Shown in pieces: positions 7,981-19,305 of a DNA stretch of 24,579 nt (within the stretch, counting starts at the first letter, position 1; the number at the start of each line of letters is the position of its first letter). Source of the stretch: Elusimicrobiota bacterium. GTDB taxonomy: Bacteria > CG03 > SLGR01 > JBDRKX01. The notes beneath the pieces are model-generated. The model made no database searches and was not told the origin of the DNA. It saw nothing but the letters and a program-made list of their open reading frames with translations. The stretch covers positions 1-24,579 of the forward strand of contig JBDRKX010000078.1 in assembly GCA_043813605.1 (NCBI GenBank), read 5' to 3'. Made by a program: the position numbers and the translations under genes.

Positions 7981-10900
7981 TTAATCCTTACCCCCTCCTT
8001 CTATTGCCCTTATTTTATCATTCAATTTTTTTCTTATTTCTATCATACCGCGCATTATCTCTTCCGTTTCAGATACTTTCGTATCCGCTGATTTGATATC
8101 TTCTTTGATCTTCAATACTTTATTTCTCTGGTTTTCCGCTGCCTCATTCCTCTCTTTTACTGTTTCCGTGAGCTGCTGTACCCTCTTTCTGTTTTTATCA
8201 TCCTGTATCTTCAGAAAATTGCGGTTTTTTACCACTTCGATCCTCGATTCCAGGAGTTCCTGGTTTTCCTGTTCTAATTGCATCTGGAATTCTTTTACTG
8301 TTTCCTGGAGTTTTTTGTTCATTCCTTCCATTTTTGCGGACTCTTCGTGAGCCAATTTCAGTTTTTCGTGTATTTCCCGTACTTTCTCCTTCTGTTCTTC
8401 AGCTTCTGTTTCTTTTTGCTTCTTCAGGTCCATCAACTCATCGATCTTCCGGCTATTTACCGCTTTTTCTTCTTTAATATATTCCCGGTTCTTTTTTAAT
8501 TCCTCCTGGATCCTCTCCAGGTAAGACTTCTCTGCGGACAGTTCGCTATTCAAGAGGTCAACATCTTCTTTCATTTTTTTGTTCTTCTCTATTGTCTCGG
8601 CATACTCTTTTTTGATAGCCGCCAGCCTTAACTCGATCTCAGAGTTTTTCTTAACCTGTTGGGCAGCTTCCCGTTCCGCTTCCTCTTTCATGAGCATAAG
8701 TTCGTTCATCTTCTTTGCAGAGCTTGCTCTCTCCCAGACTGCTTCATTCTGTACAATGCCTAATTTTTCCCGCAATTCTTCGACCTTTTTCTGCTGAAGA
8801 GACGCATCTTTTTCAACCTGGTTCTTCAATATTGACAGATCTTCTATCATCCTGTGGCCGGCTTCCTTTTCCCTATTCAGCAGGTCTTTATGCTCCGATA
8901 ATTCAGTACGGGCCTTTTCTAATTCCATGTTCTCTTTTTGAAGATTAAATTTCAGTGAATTTACCGTCTCCCGGATCTCATTGTTCTTCCCGAATGTTTC
9001 AGAGTATTCTTTCTGCATAGCAGCAAGATTCTGTTTTATTGCCGCTATTTTTCTGTTCTGTTCATCAGACTCCCTTTGTGATTCCTCCCGCAATCTTTCA
9101 AGTTTGGCCTGTTTTTCGGAATTCTTCTTTTCTTCCTCTTTGAGCAGGTTTTTGCTTTTTTCCAGATCTATCCTCAATCCGAATAATTCTTTGTTTTCAC
9201 TTGCAAGACTGGTTTTCAATGACTCCAGCTCTTCTGCGAGTTCACGGTTTTTCTTATCGGTAATATCAGCTTTTTCCTTTGCAAACGAAAGTTCTTTCCT
9301 TATTACTGTCATCTGCTGATCGCGTTCCCGGGCAAATATCTCCTTTTCCTTAAGAATTCCGCTCAACTCATTAATCTGTTTTCTACTCGTTTGTCTTTCT
9401 TCCTCTAAAATTCCCGTGTTATCTTCGAGCCTTTTCTTTATTTCCGCCACTTCGACACTTTCTTTTTTCGCGCCTGTCATCAATGTCTCTGCTATTACTT
9501 CATGGAGCGCGCGATTTTTCATATCAAGGCGCTGCGATTCATTCTGAACGGAAGACATCCTCTCTTTAAGCCTTGCAATATCCATATAGAGTTCGCTTGT
9601 ATCCCTTTCCCTTTTCATCATCATGGACTCAAGTTCTTCCATTTTTCTTGCAGAATGCTCCCTTTCCTCCCTCAGCATCTTCCTTGTCTCGTCAACATCA
9701 TTTTTCATCGCTTCCATCTTTTCCCTGTCCCGTATAGCCTTTTCCCTTATCGATTCCACCATGTTGGACAGCGTGATATTTTCCTTTTCTTTTATTGCAT
9801 GTTCCCGGGAAATCGATTCAAGGTCTTTTGTCAGGATAACGATACGGCTCTTCAGTTTCTCTGCCTCGCTTATTAAAGTAACTTGATCCCTCTGCATTAC
9901 AGCCATTGATTTTTCCAGATCACGGGATTCCTCTTCTCTATTGCTTATTCCTGTCTGTAAAACACTGATCCTTTCCATTGCAGATTCCATTTCTTTTTTA
10001 CTGCTCTTCTGAATATCATGCAGGCTTTCTTCAAGTTTGTCCTTTTCCAGAATGTCTCTTTCAGACTTTCCCCTAAGGGATTCCACCATTTTCAGTAATG
10101 TATCTTTTTCCCTTGCCGCAATATCCGCCTGGGACTCTGCTTCATTGAGCTGTTTTTTCAGTTCTGCTATCATGCCGTTCAACTGCTCGATTTCACTCCA
10201 CTTCTGTTTCTCCAGTTCTTCCAGCAGATGTTCCTTTTTATCCAGTTCAGACACTTTTGCGCTGAGGTTTTCTTCTACTATTTCCATCCTGTCTTCAAAC
10301 CTGTTCTTCTCCCTGGCAATGGTTTCCTTTTCTGTAACAGCTTCTCTCAGCCTTTCTTCAAGACCCTGGATCTCAGATGATGTTTTCTTAATAATCCTGT
10401 CCCTCGAACTGATCTCCGCCATCAGGTCTTCGATCTTTGCAGTACTTTCCTTTTTCTGATCCCTGACCAGTTCCTTCTGTTTCGTTAGTTCATTGTTTAA
10501 ATACTCCAGTTCGGACTTTTCCTTCTCATGACGGGTGCGTAATGAATCAATGGTACTAATAAGGACTTTACTCTTTCTATTTGTTTCCTTTGATTCTTCC
10601 AGGGCGACTTCCAGTTCTTTACCCATGCGGGATATCTTTTCCTGAAGCCATCCCTTTTCCTTTTCACTTTTTTCTATAAAGCTGTTAAGCTCTTCTTTTG
10701 CCATTTCAAGTTTCCCTGACATCTCGGCATTCATGCTCTTCATATGCTCAATAGCGGCATTTTTTTCGGCAATCTCTTCTTTCTGCCCGGCAGAATTCTT
10801 CCAGCTCTCTTCCCGTTCACTATTTACGACTTTACGGAGCTGGGTACATTCTTTTCTTAAAGATTCTATAGTCTCTTCTGTTTCTCTTGATCCTATTTCC

Positions 10901-11409
10901 AGGGGGCCGAGTCTGGCTGACAGGCTGTTGTTCTCTGATGTCAGATGTTCTATTATCCCTTTATCACGGGCGATCTCACTGTCCAACCGCTCTTTTTCTT
11001 CTCTTGCTTCGCTGAGTTCCCTTTCATATCCTGCTTTAAGGCCAGCTTCCCTTTCTGCCAATTTGGATTTCAACGACTCTACCTTCCTGAAGAGTTTGGT
11101 GCTCCTTTTTTCCATGTCGGACTGGTTCCTGCGGTATTCTTTTTCGATATTATCTTTTTTCTTTGAAAAATTTATCTCTTCGATTTTAATAAGGTCGTCT
11201 TTTCTATTGAGCTTATCTGCCAGCTCGGTGTTTTTTTCTTCTAATTCATTTATTCTGCCTTCAAATAAAGCTTTCAGATCACGCTCTTTTTTCTCGAGTT
11301 CCATGATCCTGCGTACCTTTTCCTTTATCTCACGGTTTATTTTGAGCTGAGATTCAATATCATGGCCGGTACCGGCATTCCCTATTTGTTTTCTTTCGTT
11401 TATGTCCAT
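7981..11409 (-). CDS. Very long coiled-coil protein (1142 aa) with ~88-aa internal repeats
   Basis: E/K/R/L-rich heptad sequence that is almost proline-free, with no TM segment or Walker motifs seen; 3.4-kb open frame ending 1 nt before the receiver gene. Confidence 0.85.
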   Translation of the reverse strand: MDINERKQIGNAGTGHDIESQLKINREIKEKVRRIMELEKKERDLKALFEGRINELEEKNTELADKLNRKDDLIKIEEINFSKKKDNIEKEYRRNQSDMEKRSTKLFRKVESLKSKLAEREAGLKAGYERELSEAREEKERLDSEIARDKGIIEHLTSENNSLSARLGPLEIGSRETEETIESLRKECTQLRKVVNSEREESWKNSAGQKEEIAEKNAAIEHMKSMNAEMSGKLEMAKEELNSFIEKSEKEKGWLQEKISRMGKELEVALEESKETNRKSKVLISTIDSLRTRHEKEKSELEYLNNELTKQKELVRDQKKESTAKIEDLMAEISSRDRIIKKTSSEIQGLEERLREAVTEKETIAREKNRFEDRMEIVEENLSAKVSELDKKEHLLEELEKQKWSEIEQLNGMIAELKKQLNEAESQADIAAREKDTLLKMVESLRGKSERDILEKDKLEESLHDIQKSSKKEMESAMERISVLQTGISNREEESRDLEKSMAVMQRDQVTLISEAEKLKSRIVILTKDLESISREHAIKEKENITLSNMVESIREKAIRDREKMEAMKNDVDETRKMLREEREHSARKMEELESMMMKRERDTSELYMDIARLKERMSSVQNESQRLDMKNRALHEVIAETLMTGAKKESVEVAEIKKRLEDNTGILEEERQTSRKQINELSGILKEKEIFARERDQQMTVIRKELSFAKEKADITDKKNRELAEELESLKTSLASENKELFGLRIDLEKSKNLLKEEEKKNSEKQAKLERLREESQRESDEQNRKIAAIKQNLAAMQKEYSETFGKNNEIRETVNSLKFNLQKENMELEKARTELSEHKDLLNREKEAGHRMIEDLSILKNQVEKDASLQQKKVEELREKLGIVQNEAVWERASSAKKMNELMLMKEEAEREAAQQVKKNSEIELRLAAIKKEYAETIEKNKKMKEDVDLLNSELSAEKSYLERIQEELKKNREYIKEEKAVNSRKIDELMDLKKQKETEAEEQKEKVREIHEKLKLAHEESAKMEGMNKKLQETVKEFQMQLEQENQELLESRIEVVKNRNFLKIQDDKNRKRVQQLTETVKERNEAAENQRNKVLKIKEDIKSADTKVSETEEIMRGMIEIRKKLNDKIRAIEGGGKD

Positions 11410-11553
11410 TTATTCAGCATCTTGTTAAAAGCCTTCTGCCTATAACTAATTAGATATTTATAATGTTAAAATCTATTTCTTTCCAGTCCCCAGTGTATAG
11501 ACACATAATTCCATTGCTTTCAGACATCGTACTGCCTTGAAGGAGAATATTGA

Positions 11554-12516
11554 TCAACCGTTTCTGCTTACCCTGTTAAATCCGCTAAATTCTATGATCT
11601 CCAATTCCCCCAGGCGGCTGACAATTTTATCCAGGAGCAGGTTGAGACCGAGATTATCGGAAGATATATGGCCAGCGATGATAACATTCATATTGACATC
11701 TTTTGCCGCATTATAGTGCTTATCACTCATATGCATGCCCACAACTGTAGATACTCCGCTGTCTACAAGCTTCTCGATAAGCTCGCTGCTTCCTTCGGTA
11801 CCGCCGGTCATGTCGACGAATATCTTGCCGCATCTGTTTGACTCATTACCGGTCAGTATGTGAGGCGGCTGGCCGTTTTTTGCGGATATTCTATATTCAT
11901 CAATAGACATGAGTATGTCTATAAGATCCTTTATCCTGTACGGTTTTTCTTTTTCCAGAAGATCGGCCAGGTATTTCTTCACATGATTATCCGCCGGCGT
12001 GTGAATATTCATGACATTAATGCCAAGCAATTTTGCCGCGTCCTGCGCCCTGAAATGATTGCTTCCTGAGACTTTTCGCGCTACTTCCGCCTTCCTGTTT
12101 CTTGTCAGGTTATCGGCAACACTTGCCGACACACCCATAGATTCAAGTATGTCCGCCTGCATGTCCATCACTTCATAAAAATTGGCATACGCTCTTCCTA
12201 ACGGGTGATGCGAGATAACAAGGGGGAAACTTTCCCTTTTTCCCGCTATGCTCTTTACCAGAAGGAGTTCGGATGTGTCGACATCGATCCCGACCCATGC
12301 CTCACTGATATCGGCTTCAGGATCTCCGTTCAATATCCTTGAATCGGCAAACGGGCTTTCCAGAACATGCGTATCAAAAATCTCCTTTTCACCGGGGTCA
12401 AGCTTATCATACTTCTCCCTGTTTTCAGACAATATCCGTTCAATCGTATCTCTGCCGCGCGGATCTACAGCAATTCCCTCATCCACTGCAAGCCCCATGA
12501 TGTCTTTGATTTTCAT
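11554..12516 (-). CDS. NIF3-like (NGG1p-interacting factor 3) dinuclear metal-centre protein
   Basis: Motifs GIAVDPRG, PFADSRIL, VGIDVD, ISHHPLG, HTPADN, DMTGGTEG, VGMHM and IAGHISSDNLG; AAGGAG SD. Confidence 0.88.
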   Translation of the reverse strand: MKIKDIMGLAVDEGIAVDPRGRDTIERILSENREKYDKLDPGEKEIFDTHVLESPFADSRILNGDPEADISEAWVGIDVDTSELLLVKSIAGKRESFPLVISHHPLGRAYANFYEVMDMQADILESMGVSASVADNLTRNRKAEVARKVSGSNHFRAQDAAKLLGINVMNIHTPADNHVKKYLADLLEKEKPYRIKDLIDILMSIDEYRISAKNGQPPHILTGNESNRCGKIFVDMTGGTEGSSELIEKLVDSGVSTVVGMHMSDKHYNAAKDVNMNVIIAGHISSDNLGLNLLLDKIVSRLGELEIIEFSGFNRVSRNG

Positions 12517-12526
12517 TACAGCTCCT

Positions 12527-12880
12527 TTCCGGTAATTACCCGGGGGAAACCACGGATGCTTTCCCTGTCAGCACAGATGGTCCCTGATACCGGTATTTAT
12601 TTCTAAATACATGGAACAAAGGCTGATCTTCTCATAAACCAGCCGGCTCATCAATCTGTTCATGCATATCTTCATAATCATTACAGATGCCTCTTATGTT
12701 CGCTTAAGTATTCAGCAGTGTGTTCGTACTCAGGTTCTTGCTCTTCCTAGGTATATTCCGCTTTGTTCAGCATGGATAGGCAATTTCTGCACGGGTGGGA
12801 GTATGTATGTACCTACAAAACCTACTGCTGTTTTCATGTGTATTTTCTTAAAAATACACCCACTGCACTAAAACCTGGGA
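12527..12880 (-). ncRNA. Candidate structured non-coding RNA or cis-regulatory element, family not recognised
   Basis: No minus-strand ORF of 60 aa or more. Many hairpins, including GUAUUUA-GAAA-UAAAUAC, GGCUGGUUU/AGAUCAGCC, GUGUAUUUU/AAAAUACAC and GGGAAA/UUUCCC; G-U pairs favour the minus strand. Confidence 0.4.
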
Positions 12881-12887
12881 TTTTCAA

Positions 12888-13130
12888 TTAACCGTGGCGT
12901 TTTCTTGTTTTGATATACTTTTTCAGTCTAATAGCTCTTCTTGCTTCTTTTAACCTCAATCTCTTGAGTTTCGACTGTTTTTCATTCTTGATTTCACTGG
13001 GAGACAAATAGAAGCGCCTTTGCTTAAGTTCGTTTTTTGTACCTGACTTATTGCACTCTCTTCTAAACCTCTTCAGCAGCGAATTTATATTCTCATGATC
13101 TCTCTTGCTGACTGTTGGCCCGACCGTCAT
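12888..13130 (-). CDS. rpsU: 30S ribosomal protein bS21
   Basis: ENINSLLKRFRREC..SG..ELKQRRFYLSPS; AGGAGGT SD 7 nt before ATG 13130; position after the HIT gene. Confidence 0.9.
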   Translation of the reverse strand: MTVGPTVSKRDHENINSLLKRFRRECNKSGTKNELKQRRFYLSPSEIKNEKQSKLKRLRLKEARRAIRLKKYIKTRKRHG

Positions 13131-13161
13131 TAACATCACCTCCTTTCTTTAAGCCTTATAT

Positions 13162-13497
13162 TTAACCTGGCGGCCATTTCATCTGCCTGCCGCCAAGCAG
13201 GTGAACATGCAGATGTCCGACTTCCTGTCCGCCCATCTTATTACAATTTATCACAACTCTATATCCGTCTTCGTCAATTCCAAGACTGACAGCAAGCTCC
13301 TTTGCCACATTCATACACTTTTGAATTGTATTGCTGTCGGCAGTATTTAATGTCTCACTGTGTTCACGGGGAACAACAAGCACATGCACAGGCGCCTGCG
13401 GACTGATATCGTTAAAAGCGATAACATCCTCATCCTTGTGGAGTATCTTACTTTCTATCTCTTCATTTATTATCTTGCAAAAAATACAATCATCCAT
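13162..13497 (-). CDS. Histidine triad (HIT) nucleotide-binding protein, HinT/PKCI type
   Basis: DCIFCKI, DISPQAPVHVLVVP and GQEVGHLHVHLLGGRQMKWPPG; TAATG overlap with the mtaB stop and an AGGAG SD. Confidence 0.95.
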   Translation of the reverse strand: MDDCIFCKIINEEIESKILHKDEDVIAFNDISPQAPVHVLVVPREHSETLNTADSNTIQKCMNVAKELAVSLGIDEDGYRVVINCNKMGGQEVGHLHVHLLGGRQMKWPPG

Positions 13498-14741
13498 TAT
13501 AAACTCCTGCAATCATAACTCGCAGAGACGGGTTTTTTCTCTTTTTTACCTGTGGTGAACTCCCCGGATAAATATCCGTAATTATAATTTATTATACGAA
13601 CCATTTCAAGTGTTCTTTCAGAAGTCTCCGTTTTTCCTCTATTATCCACTTTCACAGGCAGGTAATCCCTAGTATAACCGCTGCCGCCTTTTTCTACGGC
13701 CATTTCCTTTATCTTTCCCACTGAATCTCTGAAATGTCCCAATCTTATGCTCTCGGAAAGAGATTTCACTTCGAGCATCCTGTCGCGTTTATCGGATTCC
13801 GGGACCTTGCCGTCATAACTGCATGCGATCGTACCCGGTCGTTCGGAATACCTGAAAACATGTACTTTCACGGGTGCTGTATCTCTGATAAAATCCAGTG
13901 TATGCTTAAGATCAGCCCTTGTTTCACCCGGAAAGCCTACAATAATATCAAAAGAAAAAACCGTATCCGGCATCTTTGTCTTAAGTTTCCCCATAGTTTC
14001 CGATACTTTTTTAATATCATAACCCCTATTCATAAGAGTAAGTATTTTATCGCTGGCACTCTGAAGAGGAATATGAAAATGCCGGCAGAACCTGCTGTCT
14101 TCGCTGAGAATGGTGATAACATCGTCAGAAAGCACACCCACGGGTACTGAACTGAACCTCCATCGGAAATCTTCCCTGATACTTCCCATCGATCCGGCAA
14201 GTCCTGTAAATTCAGAGTATTCATTGAAATTGGTAGCACAAAGCACTATTTCCGGATGGTTGACTGCAAGATCCCGAGCTTCCAGCATAAGTGTTTTCAT
14301 ATTCTTTCCGTAATAAGGTTTTTTCAGTTTTCTGACAGTACAGTAAGTACATTTCCCTCTACATCCCTGCTGCACTTTAAGAAATGCCCTTGTCTGTCCG
14401 TAAAACCTGCTGATACTGCCCGCGGGATTAGCCAGGTAAATAGACTGCTTGAGTGTACTGATACCGGCAACCTCATAGTCAAATGAGCTGGCCCTCACCG
14501 AACAACCTGCAGCCAGAAGTTCCTTGTCCGGATATAGCCTCTTTATCCTTCTCGCATATTTATAGCCGTCTCTTTCCGCCCTGTGAGTAACACCGCATGT
14601 ATTGATTATTATCACATCCGCCTCTTTGGGCGTACTACTCAAGTTTCCCATCCGGCTGAGTTTTTCCATCATCAGTCTCGCATCATATTGATTGATCCTA
14701 CACCCGAATTCTTTAATGTAATACTTGAATTTTCTACTCAT
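13497..14741 (-). CDS. mtaB: tRNA methylthiotransferase, MtaB type (radical SAM)
   Basis: UPF0004 cysteines (GCRINQYD, INTCGVT, AGC), RAFLKVQQGCRGKCTYC, HFHIPLQS, DIIVGFPGET and HVFRYSERPGT; ATGA overlap with rsmE. Confidence 0.88.
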   Translation of the reverse strand: MSRKFKYYIKEFGCRINQYDARLMMEKLSRMGNLSSTPKEADVIIINTCGVTHRAERDGYKYARRIKRLYPDKELLAAGCSVRASSFDYEVAGISTLKQSIYLANPAGSISRFYGQTRAFLKVQQGCRGKCTYCTVRKLKKPYYGKNMKTLMLEARDLAVNHPEIVLCATNFNEYSEFTGLAGSMGSIREDFRWRFSSVPVGVLSDDVITILSEDSRFCRHFHIPLQSASDKILTLMNRGYDIKKVSETMGKLKTKMPDTVFSFDIIVGFPGETRADLKHTLDFIRDTAPVKVHVFRYSERPGTIACSYDGKVPESDKRDRMLEVKSLSESIRLGHFRDSVGKIKEMAVEKGGSGYTRDYLPVKVDNRGKTETSERTLEMVRIINYNYGYLSGEFTTGKKEKKPVSASYDCRSL

Positions 14742-15463
14742 ATTCCTTGATTTAAAAGCAAGGCTGAAGCTGCCATACAAGCTGTTTCTACATCCATCAC
14801 CAGTCGGCCCATACTCCTGACAACCAGGCCGGAACCTATTGCCTTTTGGGCTTCTCTTTCTGTAAATCCGCCTTCAGGCCCTACAAATACAGCAATTCTG
14901 TCTGACAGATCTTTTCCTGAAATATATTCACCGGCCGATTCCTCCCATAAGAATATACCTGAAGAAAAACCTTTCTTGCGGAAATTTTCCAGAGAAATGT
15001 CAATATCTTCAATATTGCTGCCTATGCGGGGAATATATTTTCTTCCGCAGAGTTCGGAAGCGGCACGCGCTTTCTTTACGCATCGTTCAATAGTTTTACC
15101 GATATTATGCTGATCTAAAATTTTTACAGTACGTTCCGATGTGAGAAGATTGAATTCAGATATGCCTATCTGAGTACACCTGAAAACAATATCTTCTAAC
15201 TTCTGTTTTTTAGGAACTGAAACATACAGTGCTACATGTCTTGATGGAAGAATTGCATCCGGTTTTTCCCGGCCGGTCTCAAGAAGATACATGCCCTTCT
15301 CATACCCTGCCACCGTTGCGTAATATTCCGTGAAATCCCTGTCTCCGACTATTATTTCGTCACCGGTTGATACTCTGAGGACCCTGAGATGCCGGTTATT
15401 TTCGCCCGATAACCCAAACTTTATTCCTTCTGTAAGGCTCTCATCGACGAATATCTTTATCAT
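14738..15463 (-). CDS. rsmE: 16S rRNA m3U1498 methyltransferase RsmE
   Basis: HLRVLRV, TQIGI, ASELCGR and [21 protein letters not shown] (SPOUT); conserved position after dnaJ. Confidence 0.92.
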   Translation of the reverse strand: MIKIFVDESLTEGIKFGLSGENNRHLRVLRVSTGDEIIVGDRDFTEYYATVAGYEKGMYLLETGREKPDAILPSRHVALYVSVPKKQKLEDIVFRCTQIGISEFNLLTSERTVKILDQHNIGKTIERCVKKARAASELCGRKYIPRIGSNIEDIDISLENFRKKGFSSGIFLWEESAGEYISGKDLSDRIAVFVGPEGGFTEREAQKAIGSGLVVRSMGRLVMDVETACMAASALLLNQGI

Positions 15464-16566
15464 TCAAAAATCTTGTTCCACCATGAAGAACCCTTACCGT
15501 TGATATTCATGAGCTTGGCATATTTTCCGAGCAGATCGGTCTGTTCCTTAGTCAGGTTCTTTGGTTTAGGAATATTGACATGAACAATAACGTATAGGTC
15601 TCCTTTACCATATCCGTCCAGGTGAGGCATGCCGTCTCCTTTTATCCTCAGCTTTGTTCCTGACTGTATCCCCTCCGGCACTTTAATGGTCCTTTTCCCT
15701 TTAAGTGTCTCTATTTCCCTGGAAGTTCCGAAAACCGCTTCAGGAAACTCTATGTTTATGTCCGTCAGGAGATCATTGTCTTCTCTTACAAGACTGGCAT
15801 GTTTCTTCACATTTATGACAACATATATGTCGCCGCGCGGTCCATTATACCTGCCTACATTGCCCTGTCCACTTATTCTCAGAGTCGTACCTTCATATAC
15901 TCCGGGAGGGACTTTTACGGATATTGAATCCTTATTGGCTTTCAGACCCGTCCCCCTGCATTCCACGCAAGGATTTGAGACGATCTTTCCGTCTCCCGCA
16001 CATGCAGGGCATGTTCTTGTAATACTGAAAAAACCACCGCCGCCGGATGAAACGGAGCCTGTTCCGCCGCAGGATGAACAGGATGTCCGCGTGCCGCCTT
16101 CACCGGAGCAGGCATTACACTGATCCTGCCTCATTATCTTGAACTTTATCTCTTTACCTTCAGCTGCTTCCTTCAGCGTGATGCTCTGTTTTAACTTTAA
16201 TGAACTTCCCTGGTATACCCTGCGCTGGGATCCAGCTCTCCGGGCACCGCCAAAACCGCCGCCCGCGAATATATCTTCGAATATATCCGAAAAACTACCA
16301 AAATCGACTCCGCCGAAACCCGCACCCGCACCCATATCCATATCCACACCCTGAGCGCCAAACTGGTCATACCTTTTCCTTTTTTCAGGATCTCCAAGAG
16401 CCTGATATGCCAGGTTTATCTCTTTGAACTTCTCCTGTGCATTTTTATCATCCTTATTCCTGTCAGGATGGTATTTGAGAGCCAGTTTCCGATAGGCTTT
16501 TTTTATATCTTCCTGTGAAGCATCCCTCGAGATGCCCAGAAGCTCATAGTAATCTTGCGAACTCAA
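15460..16566 (-). CDS. dnaJ: Chaperone DnaJ
   Basis: J domain with HPD, a G/F-rich region, four CxxCxGxG repeats and the C-terminal domain. Confidence 0.97.
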   Translation of the reverse strand: MSSQDYYELLGISRDASQEDIKKAYRKLALKYHPDRNKDDKNAQEKFKEINLAYQALGDPEKRKRYDQFGAQGVDMDMGAGAGFGGVDFGSFSDIFEDIFAGGGFGGARRAGSQRRVYQGSSLKLKQSITLKEAAEGKEIKFKIMRQDQCNACSGEGGTRTSCSSCGGTGSVSSGGGGFFSITRTCPACAGDGKIVSNPCVECRGTGLKANKDSISVKVPPGVYEGTTLRISGQGNVGRYNGPRGDIYVVINVKKHASLVREDNDLLTDINIEFPEAVFGTSREIETLKGKRTIKVPEGIQSGTKLRIKGDGMPHLDGYGKGDLYVIVHVNIPKPKNLTKEQTDLLGKYAKLMNINGKGSSWWNKIFE

Positions 16567-16591
16567 TTATTATCTGGACCGCTATACCGGT

Positions 16592-18550
<1,959 letters not shown>

Positions 18551-18564
18551 AATATCTCCTTTTA

Positions 18565-19182
18565 TTATTCCTCTTTATCTTCGCTTTTCTCTTCTTCCGT
18601 TTCAGCAGTATCAGATCCAGGTTCAGGTTCATCATCCTCTTTTTCGGGCTCTTCTTTCAGTTTACCTACAACGACCATAGCCGGACGCAATACTTCATCA
18701 TCCCAGAAGTAGCCCCGCTGCAGCACCTCTTTCACACATTCATCTTCACTGGATGAATCTACTTCACAAAAACCCACCGCATGATGACAGTTATGGTCAA
18801 ATTTCAAACCTTCTGATTCCATCTCCTTCATTCCTTTTCTGGCAAGTATGCTGAACAGCTCTTTTCTTATCAGAGAAAGACTTTCCAGATCTATATGCCT
18901 GTGGTCCATTGCCCTGTGAAGATTATCCATTACGCTGAGTATTTCTTTTGCCAGGCGCTTTTCCCCGGTCTTCAGATTCTCTTCCGACTGTTTCTGCATC
19001 CTTTTCCTGTAATTATCGAATTCAGCTTTCAGCCTTTTAAGCTGGTCCAGGTAAAGATCTTCTGTATCTTTGGATTCCTTGAGCTCACTTTTAAGTGTTC
19101 CCAGCTCTTTTCCCAGTTTTTTTAACTCAGCTGAATTCCTGTCTTTTTTATCTTCTTCAGTTTTATTTTCTTTTTTAGTCAT
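18565..19182 (-). CDS. grpE: Nucleotide exchange factor GrpE
   Basis: [27 protein letters not shown] and QRGY...VLRPAMVVV. Confidence 0.95.
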   Translation of the reverse strand: MTKKENKTEEDKKDRNSAELKKLGKELGTLKSELKESKDTEDLYLDQLKRLKAEFDNYRKRMQKQSEENLKTGEKRLAKEILSVMDNLHRAMDHRHIDLESLSLIRKELFSILARKGMKEMESEGLKFDHNCHHAVGFCEVDSSSEDECVKEVLQRGYFWDDEVLRPAMVVVGKLKEEPEKEDDEPEPGSDTAETEEEKSEDKEE

Positions 19183-19276
19183 CTCTTCTAAACCACACGC
19201 CAGGCCTCCATTAGTTTTGATGCATAATTAATCAAAAAGATTCATTGATTCCATACAGATACACAGGTTTCTGCAA

Positions 19277-19305
19277 ATACTACGAAAATAGGCTATTCTT
19301 GTCAA
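19277..19305 (-). promoter_or_regulatory. Sigma70-type promoter of the grpE-dnaK-dnaJ operon
   Basis: TTGACA-N17-TAGTAT; the -35 box overlaps the TGA stop of the upstream GNAT gene. Confidence 0.65.

Noticed and set aside
7981..11409. SMC/SbcC or phage tape-measure identity for the long coiled coil
   Set aside because: No Walker A/B, signature motif or hinge, and no phage genes nearby.
12640..12660. UUGAUGAG resembling a hammerhead ribozyme core
   Set aside because: No stem II followed by GAAA in the required arrangement.
12575..12837. Short minus-strand ORFs (about 35-37 codons) in the rpsU-NIF3 gap, or a yqeY remnant
   Set aside because: No resemblance to YqeY that I can see and weak translation signals; a small peptide cannot be fully excluded.
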